Below are positions 44,240 through 52,074 of a stretch of 64,000 nt of DNA, one piece after another; the stretch's first letter is position 1, and each line of letters opens with the position of its first letter. The DNA lies in NCBI GenBank assembly GCA_036824245.1, contig DAITAO010000001.1:42964-106963 (forward strand). Reading direction: 5' to 3'. This stretch comes from Gaiellaceae bacterium. Its GTDB lineage: Bacteria; Actinomycetota; Thermoleophilia; Gaiellales; Gaiellaceae. The position numbers were made by a program, and so were the translations under genes. The notes below the pieces were generated by a model. That model was given only the letters and a program-made list of their open reading frames with translations. It was not told the DNA's origin and did no database searches.

Positions 44240-45081
44240 TCGAAGAACCCGCGTCCGGACTTGCGGCCAAGAAGCCCAGCCTGGGCCATACGGACGAGCC
44301 GCGGAGGCGGCGCCATGCGCGGTTCTTGCAGCGCCTCGTAGAGCGCCTCCGACGCGTGCACGTGGATGTCGATGCCGATCAGGTCGAGCAGCTCGCACGG
44401 ACCGAGAGGCCAGCCGGCGCCGTGCTTCATCCCGCTGTCCAGGTCTTGCGGCGTGATGTTGGCCTCGTCCAGCACCCGGACACAGTCGTTCATGAGCGGT
44501 ATGAGGACCCGGTTCACGACGAAGCCCGGCGTGTCGTTGCAACGGATCGGCGTCTTGCCGAGCTGCCCGGCGAAGGCGTAGGCCGTTTCGTATGCGTCGT
44601 CGTCGGCGAGCGCGGTGCGCACGACCTCGACGAGCGGCATCAGCGGCGCCGGGTTGAAGAAGTGCAGGCCGACAAAGCGCGCCGGCCGGCCGCTCGCCTG
44701 TGCGAGCTCGGTGACGGACAGCGCCGACGTGTTCGTGGCCACGATCGCTTCCGGCGCGAGCGCCCGATTGAGCTCGGCCAGCACGTCGTGCTTGACGCCG
44801 GGATCCTCGACGACCGCCTCGATGACCAGGTCGCAGCCGGACAGGTCGAAAAGGTCCGTCGTGAGAGTCAGCCGCCCAGCCGCAGCGTCGCGCTCCTCCG
44901 GCGTGATCCGCTCCTTCTCGACCTTGCGCGTCAGGAAGTGCTCGACGCGCTCCCTGGCACCCTCCGCCAGTTCCATCGACACCTCGCGCCCGACCGTGGG
45001 GAAGCCAGCCTCTACGCAGACCTGCGCGATGCCCGCGCCCATCGTCCCCAAACCGATGACGCCGACCGAGCGAACCTTCAC
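44227..45081 (-). CDS. hbd: 3-hydroxyacyl/3-hydroxybutyryl-CoA dehydrogenase
   Basis: From VKVRSVGVIGLGTMGAGIAQV (GTG at 45081). Has NTSALS and HFFNPAPLMPLVEV. The 106 upstream codons of the listed ORF run through the repeat element and are not coding. Confidence 0.9.
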   Translation of the reverse strand: MKVRSVGVIGLGTMGAGIAQVCVEAGFPTVGREVSMELAEGARERVEHFLTRKVEKERITPEERDAAAGRLTLTTDLFDLSGCDLVIEAVVEDPGVKHDVLAELNRALAPEAIVATNTSALSVTELAQASGRPARFVGLHFFNPAPLMPLVEVVRTALADDDAYETAYAFAGQLGKTPIRCNDTPGFVVNRVLIPLMNDCVRVLDEANITPQDLDSGMKHGAGWPLGPCELLDLIGIDIHVHASEALYEALQEPRMAPPPRLVRMAQAGLLGRKSGRGFFDYED

Positions 45082-45102
45082 CGGCTCGATCCTACGGAAG
45101 TA

Positions 45103-45297
45103 GCACGGGGGAACCCCTGGTTCTCGAACGGGGGAACCCCTGGTTCCCCCGTTGGCCCCCTCCTCGCGTGTGTTTGTGTCTGTTCCAACGCTTGCGGAGC
45201 CGGCGGCTCGCGCAGGAGTCCGAGTGTTGCCTCTCCGTCGTGAGCCTCCCGCCGGGCGAAGCCCGGCTCCGGCGGCAGATCGCGTGGTCTCCGACGG
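45103..45297 (-). repeat. dispersed repeat family 2, inverted copy (hairpin array plus CGGAGCCGG module)
   Basis: Aligns by eye over ~190 nt with the reverse complement of 49602-49816. Two GGGGGAACC-N3-GGTTCCCCC hairpins, then ggccccctcct, cggagccggcggctcgcgc, gttgcctctccg and gcccggctccggcgg. Confidence 0.8.
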
Positions 45298-45392
45298 GCG
45301 GCCGAAACCGAACCGGCGCGGCGGAAGTAGCGAATCTCGACCGGCTTGCCTCACGGAAGAGATTTCGCCCGCGACTCGTCTTGGAGGACACC

Positions 45393-45500
45393 ATGACACG
45401 CCCCCTGCTGATCGTTCTGTTGCTTGCGCTCCTCGCAGTGGCGCTCCTGGGCGCGCTGGCCCAGCTGGTCCGGGGACAGCGGCCCGTCCTCCTCGCCTAG
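45393..45500 (+). CDS. possible 35-aa hydrophobic peptide
   Basis: GGAGGA plus 4 nt precedes the ATG. Sequence MTRPLLIVLLLALLAVALLGALAQLVRGQRPVLLA, i.e. one TM helix. Short, so weakly supported. Confidence 0.3.
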   Translation: MTRPLLIVLLLALLAVALLGALAQLVRGQRPVLLA

Positions 45501-46159
45501 GGCGGCTTCCGCGCCAATACCCAGAGCCACCGGGCCTCGCCGTACTCTGGTCCGATCGAGCCGTCGTCGTGGTATTCCGGCTCGAGCATCGTCTCGAAGT
45601 CGTCCTCGACCACCTCGAGCCCGGCTTCGCGTACCAGACCCAGGGCGACCTCCGGCTCGTAACCGCTGAAGAACGTCTCGACGCCGAGCCACTCGCCGCG
45701 CCAGCCTTCGTTATCGGACCCCGGGAGCGAGGCGAGGAACCAGCCGCCGGGTCGCAGCCACCCGTGGATCCTCTGCAGCAGGGGGCCGAGCTGCTCGCGG
45801 GGCAGGTGGTTGAGCACGTAGAAGGAGACGACCGCGTCGTAGCTCTCGCCCCCGAGCTCGACTTCCATGATGTCGCCGTGCATGAAACGTGCTTCCGGCA
45901 GGCGTTCGCGGGCGCGCCGCGTCTGCTCGGCCGAGATGTCGACGCCGGTCAGCCGGCCGCGCTCTGCCAGTACGCGGGTCGAGCGGACCCCCGCGCCTGA
46001 GCCGAGCTCGAGCACGTCCGGTTGCAACGGGAGCCGCCGCAGCAGGTCGTCGAGGCGTTCGAGCCTCTGCGACCCGCGGATCGCCCGCTGCCACTCTGCG
46101 AAGCGGTCGGCGATCTGGTCGTAGCCCCGCTCGACGAGCCGCTTCGGATCGTCGGTCAC
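45497..46159 (-). CDS. class I SAM-dependent methyltransferase
   Basis: 220 aa. Motif I VLELGSGAGVRS, then GVDIS and DAVVSFYVLNHL. Confidence 0.85.
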   Translation of the reverse strand: MTDDPKRLVERGYDQIADRFAEWQRAIRGSQRLERLDDLLRRLPLQPDVLELGSGAGVRSTRVLAERGRLTGVDISAEQTRRARERLPEARFMHGDIMEVELGGESYDAVVSFYVLNHLPREQLGPLLQRIHGWLRPGGWFLASLPGSDNEGWRGEWLGVETFFSGYEPEVALGLVREAGLEVVEDDFETMLEPEYHDDGSIGPEYGEARWLWVLARKPP

Positions 46160-46569
46160 CCGAGCGCTCCCGCGATCGCCTCACGCGCTGCACGGAACTG
46201 ATCTGCTGTCAGGCGTATGTATGAGTGGCGGCCCAGGCTCCGAGGCAGGACGCCTGCCGCCTCGACCGGCGGCGCGTCGCGCAGGTCGCGCAGAGTGACG
46301 AGCGGACGGATCCCAAAGCGCCACGCCCACCGCGTGCGCGCCGGATCGTTCTCCGGGTCACCTATCACCTCGACCACGGCGAAGATCGCTTTCCAGCCGG
46401 ACGCGTAGCAGACGGCCACATCGCCACGCTGCACGCCGGGCCGCCGCGTTGCAGAGTGGGCACGGAGAGACTCGCGTCGAACGCGAGCATCCAGGCGTCG
46501 CTCGCCGCTGCCTCGCACGAGGAGCCAGTGTTCCCGGAGCGCCCCGGTGCTAGGCACTGGAAACAGCAT
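46156..46569 (-). CDS. EVE/PUA-like domain protein (tentative)
   Basis: 137 aa. HWLLV, GVQRGDVAVCYASGWKAIFAVVEVIGDPENDP and WAWRFGIRPLVTL resemble the EVE fold pattern. 4-nt overlap with the methyltransferase start. Confidence 0.45.
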   Translation of the reverse strand: MLFPVPSTGALREHWLLVRGSGERRLDARVRRESLRAHSATRRPGVQRGDVAVCYASGWKAIFAVVEVIGDPENDPARTRWAWRFGIRPLVTLRDLRDAPPVEAAGVLPRSLGRHSYIRLTADQFRAAREAIAGALG

Positions 46570-47874
46570 AGAGACGCCACTCGCCCGTTATGCCTTTCAG
46601 GACATGCGCCCCGCGGTCCTCGAACTCGATTCCCGAGCCCGCGACGAGATCCTTGACGGTCTGCGAGACGAGCACCTCCCCGCCCCGGGCCTCTGCGGCG
46701 ACGCGCGCGCCCGTGTGCACCGCGACGCCCGCCACCTTCTCCCCGAGCAGCTCGCATTCGCCGGTGTGCAGTCCCGCGCGGATCTCGAGCCCGATCTCGC
46801 CGAGAGCCGCAACGATGGCCCGCGCGCTGCGGATGGCGCGCGCCGGTCCGTCGAACGTGGCGAAGACTCCGTCGCCGGCGGTATCAACCTCGCGCCCGTG
46901 GTAGCGCTCCAGCTCGCGGCGCACCACGGCATGGTGCTGCTCGAGCAGCTCACGCCAGCGACGGTCGCCGAGCTCGGCCGCGCGCTCGGTAGACGCAACC
47001 ACATCGGTGAAGAGCACGGTGGCCAGCACCCGATGGGGCTCCGGGCCGCGCCGCACGCCGGTCAGGAAATCTTCTACCTCGTCGACGATCGCATCCGTGT
47101 CGCCGGCCCAGAGCGTGTGGGCATCGCCGTCCAGCTCCACGTACTTCGCCCCGGGAATCCGGGCTGCGATCCACCGCCCTTCTTCGACATTCACGTCGCG
47201 GTCGCCGGCCCGGTGCAGAACGAGAGTCGGCGCGTGGATCACCGGCAGCACATCGCGCACGTCGATCTCAGTGTTCATGCGCATAAGCGCGACAGCGGCG
47301 CCCGGGCTCGCGCTGCGCCGGAAGTAGGTGGCGAGCCGGCGCTTGAAGGCGTCGTCTTCGCTCGGCGCCATTTGATCGAGGTCCATCCGGTCCGCCCAGT
47401 TGCGCTCGAGCGCCTCGATCTCTCGCCCCCGCGCTTCGGGAGTCGGCGCCCATGGATAGTCGGCGCTCCAGATCCTCTTGGCGAAGCTGCCGTACAGACG
47501 AGCGCGGTCGTCCGCTCGGGATACGTGGCGGTGAAGAGGACGCTCATCAGGCCGCCTTCCGAGAAGCCGAACAGAGCGGCCTGCCGGCACCCGACGGCGT
47601 CCAGCACAGCTCGCACATCGTCCATGCGCTCCTCCATGGTCGGCAGCCGGTCGACAGGAACCGGATCAGAGAGCCCGGTCCCCCGCTTGTCGAAGAGGAT
47701 CAGTCGCGAGAAGCCGGCAAGCCGCCCCAGCACGTGCGCCTGCGCGGGCTCCTCCCACATGAGCTCCACGTTCGAGATCCAGCCCGGCACGTAGACGAGG
47801 TCGAGCGGCCCTTCGCCGACGACCTGGTAGGCGATGTTGACGTCACCCGACTTCGCGTAGCGCGTCTCCGGCAT
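46550..47874 (-). pseudogene. LipJ-like alpha/beta-hydrolase--class III adenylate/guanylate cyclase gene split by a 1-nt frameshift
   Basis: Frame A (47874-47497) reads ...GFSEGGLMSVLFTATYPERTTALV. Frame B (from 47497) reads LYGSFAKRIWSADYPW...VLFTDVVASTERAAELGD...GDGVFATF...RAGLHTGE. The junction GCGCTCGTCTGTACGGC lacks one base relative to GTC-CTG. Confidence 0.8.
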
Positions 47875-47985
47875 TCAGGTGAAGGCCTCCATGCGGGAGT
47901 GAGGGACGCTTGCTCGTGTGGTCAGGCTAAAGCTTGCCCCACGTCTCAGGGTGGTCAGAGAGGTACGCGAGCTTAGACTTCCGGC

Positions 47986-49413
47986 GTGGCGGTCACCGCG
48001 CTCGAGAAGCGACTCCTGATCGGCGGTGAGTGGGTAGAGACCGGCGAGTGGGGCGAGGTGCGCTCGCCCTACTCCAGAGCCGTCGTCGGCCGGGTCGCGA
48101 AGGCCGGGGCGCCGGAGGCACGCCGCGCGATCGACGCTGCCGAATTGGCCATGCGCGAGCCGCTCCCGGCTCACAAGCGCGCGGAGATCCTCGTGCGCGT
48201 CGCGGGAGCGCTCGGACGTCGTCACGACGAGGTGGCGCGGCTCGTCTCCGACGAGGCCGGCAAGCCGTTGAAGGCCGCTCGGATCGAGGCCGCTCGTGCC
48301 ATGTCGACCTACACGATGGCCGCCGTCGAGGCACGCAAGCTCGCCGGCGAGGTGGTGCCCATGGATGCGTCTCAGGCGGGCGAGGGGAAACTCGCCTTCA
48401 CGCTGCGCGTGCCGCGAGGCGTGGTCGGCGCCATCTCACCCTTCAACTTCCCGCTCAACCTGGTTGCGCACAAGATCGCTCCCTCGCTCGCGGCCGGCTG
48501 CGCCGTGGTGCTCAAGCCGGCCTCGCAGACCCCGCTCTCCGCGCTCCTGCTAGCCGAGCTCGAGGAAGAGGCGGGCTTGCCGCCCGGCTGGCTCAACGTG
48601 CTCGTCGGCCCGGCCTCGGAGATCGGCGACGTGCTCGTCGAGGACGAGCGCGTGGCTGTGCTCACGTTCACCGGCTCCGGAGATGTGGGCTGGGGGCTTC
48701 GCGAGCGCGCGCCACGCAAGCACGTGCTTCTGGAGCTCGGCAACGCAACGCCGGTGATCGTCGAGCCCGATGCAGACATCGACAAGGCCGCGCAGGCGAT
48801 GGCGCAGCACGGGTTCTCGTTCGCCGGCCAGAGCTGTATCTCCGTGCAGCGTGTCTACGTGGCGCGAACGGCCTACGAGCGTTTCCTGGAGCGCTTCGTA
48901 CCGCGCGTCAAGGCGCTGAAGGTCGGCGACCCCGCAGATGAGGGCACTGACGTCGGCCCGGTGATCGACGCGGACGCGCGCGAGCGCATCCTGGCCTGGA
49001 TCGACGAGGCGCGAACTGCCGGCGCGGAGGTGCTTGCCGGAGGCGAACTGGACGGCGAGCTGATCCAGCCGACGGTCATCGCCGACCCGCCGCGTGATGC
49101 CAAGGTGTCCTGCGAGGAGGTCTTCGGCCCAGTGGTGACGGTAACCCCGTACGACTCGCTCGACGAGGCTATCGAGCTCGCGAACAGCACCCGCTACGGC
49201 CTCCAGGCGGGAATCTTTACCGCCGGGCTGAACACGGCGCTGCAGGCCGCACGCGGGCTCGAGTTCGGCGGCGTCACCGTGAACGAGGCGCCCACGTTCC
49301 GCGCCGACCAGATGCCCTACGGAGGAGTAAAGGCATCGGGAAACACGCGCGAAGGGCCCGCATACGCCGTTCGCGAGCTCACCGAGCAGCGCCTCGTCGT
49401 CATCGACACCTGA
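47986..49413 (+). CDS. NAD(P)+ aldehyde dehydrogenase (GapN/lactaldehyde-DH-like)
   Basis: 475 aa. Has SPFNFPLNL, VLKPASQTP, LELGNATP and the catalytic Cys in FAGQSCISVQRV. GTG start preceded by TAGACT-N6. Confidence 0.92.
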   Translation: MAVTALEKRLLIGGEWVETGEWGEVRSPYSRAVVGRVAKAGAPEARRAIDAAELAMREPLPAHKRAEILVRVAGALGRRHDEVARLVSDEAGKPLKAARIEAARAMSTYTMAAVEARKLAGEVVPMDASQAGEGKLAFTLRVPRGVVGAISPFNFPLNLVAHKIAPSLAAGCAVVLKPASQTPLSALLLAELEEEAGLPPGWLNVLVGPASEIGDVLVEDERVAVLTFTGSGDVGWGLRERAPRKHVLLELGNATPVIVEPDADIDKAAQAMAQHGFSFAGQSCISVQRVYVARTAYERFLERFVPRVKALKVGDPADEGTDVGPVIDADARERILAWIDEARTAGAEVLAGGELDGELIQPTVIADPPRDAKVSCEEVFGPVVTVTPYDSLDEAIELANSTRYGLQAGIFTAGLNTALQAARGLEFGGVTVNEAPTFRADQMPYGGVKASGNTREGPAYAVRELTEQRLVVIDT

Positions 49414-49423
49414 CCCCCACGCA

Positions 49424-49816
49424 GTCGGACCGGAGCCGGGTTTGTCCCGGCGGGAGTCCGACTGCGGAGAGGCAACGCTGGAAGCCGCGCGCGAGCCGCC
49501 GGCTCCGACCACCCTGAACCACGCCGCCGCCCGCAAGGAGAGGGCCATGGAGGAACCACGGGTTCACCCGTGCGAGATCCGCAGGTTCCCCACTAGCCGC
49601 CGTCGGAAACCAGGCGAATCGCCGCCGGAGCCGGGCTTGTCCCGGCCGGAGGCCGACTGCGGAGAGGCAACGCTGGAAGCCGCGCGCGAGCCGCCGGCTC
49701 CGACCACCCCTGAACCACGCCGCCCCCCGCAAGGAGGGGGCCCACGGGGGAACCAGGGGTTCCCCCGTGCGAGAACCAGGGGCTCCCCCCGTGCGAGAAC
49801 CAGCGGTTCCCCGTGC
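49424..49816 (+). repeat. dispersed repeat family 2, two tandem units (about 49424-49593 and 49602-49816)
   Basis: Each unit has gtcgga..ccggagccggg-yttgt-cccggc, then gactgcggagaggcaacgctggaagccgcgcgcgagccgccggctccgaccac, caaggag(a/g)gggcc, and finally 2-3 copies of a 23-24-nt unit GAACCAGGGGTTCCCCCGTGCGA. Confidence 0.85.
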
Positions 49817-49832
49817 TAACTTCGTGCGGCGG

Positions 49833-50405
49833 ATGGCGAGACTCCAGCGCCTACGGGGGCGCGGCCGACCGCCCGCCTCTGACGAAGAGCAGGCCCACAA
49901 GCCGCCTGCGCTGCGCGCGCCGGCGCCGGGCGCTCTCAGGCGCGAGCGGAGGGCGCTCACGCGCGTGCGCGAGGAGCGGATCCGTGACCTGGGCGGCCTC
50001 GCGCTCGAGATGGTGCGCCGCCAGCGCTTCCGCCAGGACCTCCTTTTCGAGCAGTGTCACGAGATCCTCGTGCTCGAGCAGCGCCTGCACGAGATCGAGT
50101 CCTCGCTGGCCAGGGCGGCAGCGGCGCGGCATCGCGGAGGCGCCCCTCGCTGCGACTGCGGCGCGCCGCTCGCCTGGGGAGCACACTTCTGTGCCAACTG
50201 CGGCCGGCCCACGGGCGAGGCGGTCGTCACCTGCGCCCAGTGCGGCACGCCCCTGCCCGCAGACGCCAAATTCTGCGCCCGCTGCGGCACCGTCGCCGAG
50301 GACACCGCCGGGCCCGAGCACGTATCGGCGACCTACGAACAGACGGCCTCCGGTGAGCAGTTCTGGCACGACGTCGCCTCCGAACAGGATCCGTGGGAGC
50401 GGTAG
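49833..50405 (+). CDS. coiled-coil protein with double zinc ribbon
   Basis: ATG at 49833 (MARLQRL). CDCGAPLAWGAHFCANCG and CAQCGTPLPADAKFCARCG. Confidence 0.65.
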   Translation: MARLQRLRGRGRPPASDEEQAHKPPALRAPAPGALRRERRALTRVREERIRDLGGLALEMVRRQRFRQDLLFEQCHEILVLEQRLHEIESSLARAAAARHRGGAPRCDCGAPLAWGAHFCANCGRPTGEAVVTCAQCGTPLPADAKFCARCGTVAEDTAGPEHVSATYEQTASGEQFWHDVASEQDPWER

Positions 50406-51079
50406 GTCCTCCCCGCCGCGGCGTCGATGCCTGTCCGCGCTGCGCCGCAGACGTGGAGCAGGGCCAGGAGTACTGCCTGGAGTGTGGCGGTCGACTTCCG
50501 TCGGCGCGCGGCGTCCTCCCGGCCCTGGCCGGCGCCTGGCGGGCGCGCTTGCGCTGGTATCCGGGCGACTGGATCTGGTCGGCGTTGCTCCTCCTCGGGA
50601 TTGCCGCGGCGGGTGGAGCCGTCGCAATGGCCGCGACCGAGGCCGACGAGCCGCGCACGCAACTGCTGGTAGCGACCGCCGATCGCCCTGTGCCCGCGCC
50701 GCCGCGCCCCACTCAGCGGCCCACCCCACCGCCGGAGGAACGAACGGGCAGCACCGCGACACAGACAGAGACGTCGGCCGAGTCACGCCCGCGCAAGCTC
50801 GTCGCCTGGCCGCCGGAGACGAGCGGGCACACCGTGGTGCTCGTATCACTGCCGGCAAGTGCGGGCAGAGCGCAGGCAACGCGGATTGCTCGGCGGGCGC
50901 TACGCGCCGGGCTTCCTGACGTCGGCTTTCTGGACTCCTCGCAGTACGCGAGTCTCCATCCCGACTACTACGTCGTCTTCAGCGGCATCTACGAGTCGGC
51001 GGACGACGCGGCAAGCGCGCTCGCGCAGGCGCAGCAATTGGGCTTCCCCCGCGCCTACACGCGCCAGATCGTCTCGTAG
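50393..51079 (+). CDS. zinc-ribbon / TM / SPOR-domain protein
   Basis: CPRCAADVEQGQEYCLECG, a TM helix (WIWSALLLLGIAAAGGAVAMAA), a Pro-rich linker, and a C-terminal SPOR-like fold (GHTVVLVSLPASAGRAQA...YYVVFSGIYESADDAASAL). Overlaps the upstream gene by 13 nt. Confidence 0.7.
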   Translation: MGAVGPPRRGVDACPRCAADVEQGQEYCLECGGRLPSARGVLPALAGAWRARLRWYPGDWIWSALLLLGIAAAGGAVAMAATEADEPRTQLLVATADRPVPAPPRPTQRPTPPPEERTGSTATQTETSAESRPRKLVAWPPETSGHTVVLVSLPASAGRAQATRIARRALRAGLPDVGFLDSSQYASLHPDYYVVFSGIYESADDAASALAQAQQLGFPRAYTRQIVS

Positions 51080-51122
51080 GGGCGCCTCCGGCCCGGCCGT
51101 GCGAGCAACAAGCTGAGTGGAA

Positions 51123-51156
51123 GGGAATGGCGGCCGCCGTATCGGCCGCCATTCCC
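51123..51156. terminator. perfect 14-bp stem hairpin between convergent genes
   Basis: GGGAATGGCGGCCG-CCGTAT-CGGCCGCCATTCCC, 44 nt after the SPOR gene stop. Followed by the 16-nt palindrome GGCATCGCGCGATGCC. Confidence 0.55.
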
Positions 51157-51375
51157 GGCATCGCGCGATGCCCCAATCGCGCTGCTTGTTAGACAGATGC
51201 GCCGTTGGGGCAAGACTTGCGGCCGAGCAGACCGGCACCACGCTGCAGGGACTGTCCCCACAGCGGACTGCCCCGCGAGAAAGCGCCCGTGTGAGGCTCC
51301 GCGTCGGGCGGCGGGTAAAGCGCGTGACCCGGCGTCAGTCCCCGTTCGGGGATAGACCGTGCAGGGACAGCGCCG

Positions 51376-51870
51376 CTACGCGGCCTTCGCGCCTTCGAGG
51401 TGCTGGTGCGACGGGCAGTAGTCGCGATCGGGCAGCGGCGTGCGCTGGCACGGCTTGCCCTTGCGCGTCGTGGCACGGCAACGCGGCACGCCGCCGTCGA
51501 ACGCACCGGCCTCGATCTGCTCTTCGACGAAGGAGACCGCGGCGTCTACTCCCTCCTGCACCGTCCACGCCACCTGCGCCTGCGCGGTGATGGGGAAGTA
51601 ACGACGAATGTCCTGGAAAAGTGCCTTGTCCGGCTTCGAGAAGTACTGCGGATCGCGGGCCAGACGCTCCATCGTCTGCTCGCACTCCCAGAGCACCGCA
51701 CGGCGGTACTCGAGGCGGACGTCATCCGGCACATACGGGTCGATCAGATCGCGAATCGAGCGATAAATCGCTCGCGAGTACTGATACATACATGTCTGGA
51801 TAAGCTCCGCCCGCTCGTCCAGATCACCCCGTCCATTCGGGTTGCCGGTGGTCGCGAAGCTCGTGCTCAT
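51376..51870 (-). CDS. hypothetical protein with C-terminal CCCH motif
   Basis: 164 aa with complex composition (CMYQYSRAIYRSIRDLIDPYV). The C-terminus is CRATTRKGKPCQRTPLPDRDYCPSHQH. Divergent from pafBC. Confidence 0.6.
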   Translation of the reverse strand: MSTSFATTGNPNGRGDLDERAELIQTCMYQYSRAIYRSIRDLIDPYVPDDVRLEYRRAVLWECEQTMERLARDPQYFSKPDKALFQDIRRYFPITAQAQVAWTVQEGVDAAVSFVEEQIEAGAFDGGVPRCRATTRKGKPCQRTPLPDRDYCPSHQHLEGAKAA

Positions 51871-51906
51871 GGGGAGTTGCGGGGCCTACGCGCCGCTGTG
51901 CCGTTT

Positions 51907-51936
51907 AGTTTAACGGTTTTCACCACGCTGTCACAA
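51907..51936 (-). promoter_or_regulatory. candidate promoter TTGTGA-N18-TAAACT for the 51376-51870 gene
   Basis: An AT-rich island in otherwise GC-rich DNA. -35 at 51936-51931 and -10 at 51912-51907, about 37 nt upstream of the ATG. The -10 lies within the small inverted repeat CCGTT-N6-AACGG. Confidence 0.35.
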
Positions 51937-52074
51937 ACTTGACCGCTCGGTTGTCCCAGCTGGCAACTGGTCGGGCGGACGGGGAGGTCGAACCGGAAGC
52001 GCCGAGGAGGGTGAATACCGCACTTTGCGATGGATTGCAAGGGGTGCGCCCGAATCCGATTGAATAGGGGGTGC

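Noticed and set aside
47490-47503. Programmed ribosomal frameshifting in the hydrolase-cyclase gene.
   Set aside because: There is no slippery heptamer (X XXY YYZ) and no stimulatory structure at the junction. The pattern fits a simple 1-nt deletion or a sequencing error.
49424-49816. A CRISPR array, considered because of the regular repeats.
   Set aside because: The ~190-nt units are repeated in full, so there are no unique spacers. The internal 23-24-nt units abut each other directly, and an inverted copy exists at 45.1 kb. There are no cas genes in the window.
51871-52074. A PafBC/RecA-NDp-type promoter motif (TTGTC-R-gtg, 8 nt, TAnnnT) in the pafBC divergent spacer.
   Set aside because: TTGTGACAG and TTGTCCCAG are present, but neither is followed by a TAnnnT box at the required spacing. 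Only a conventional -35/-10 arrangement could be supported.
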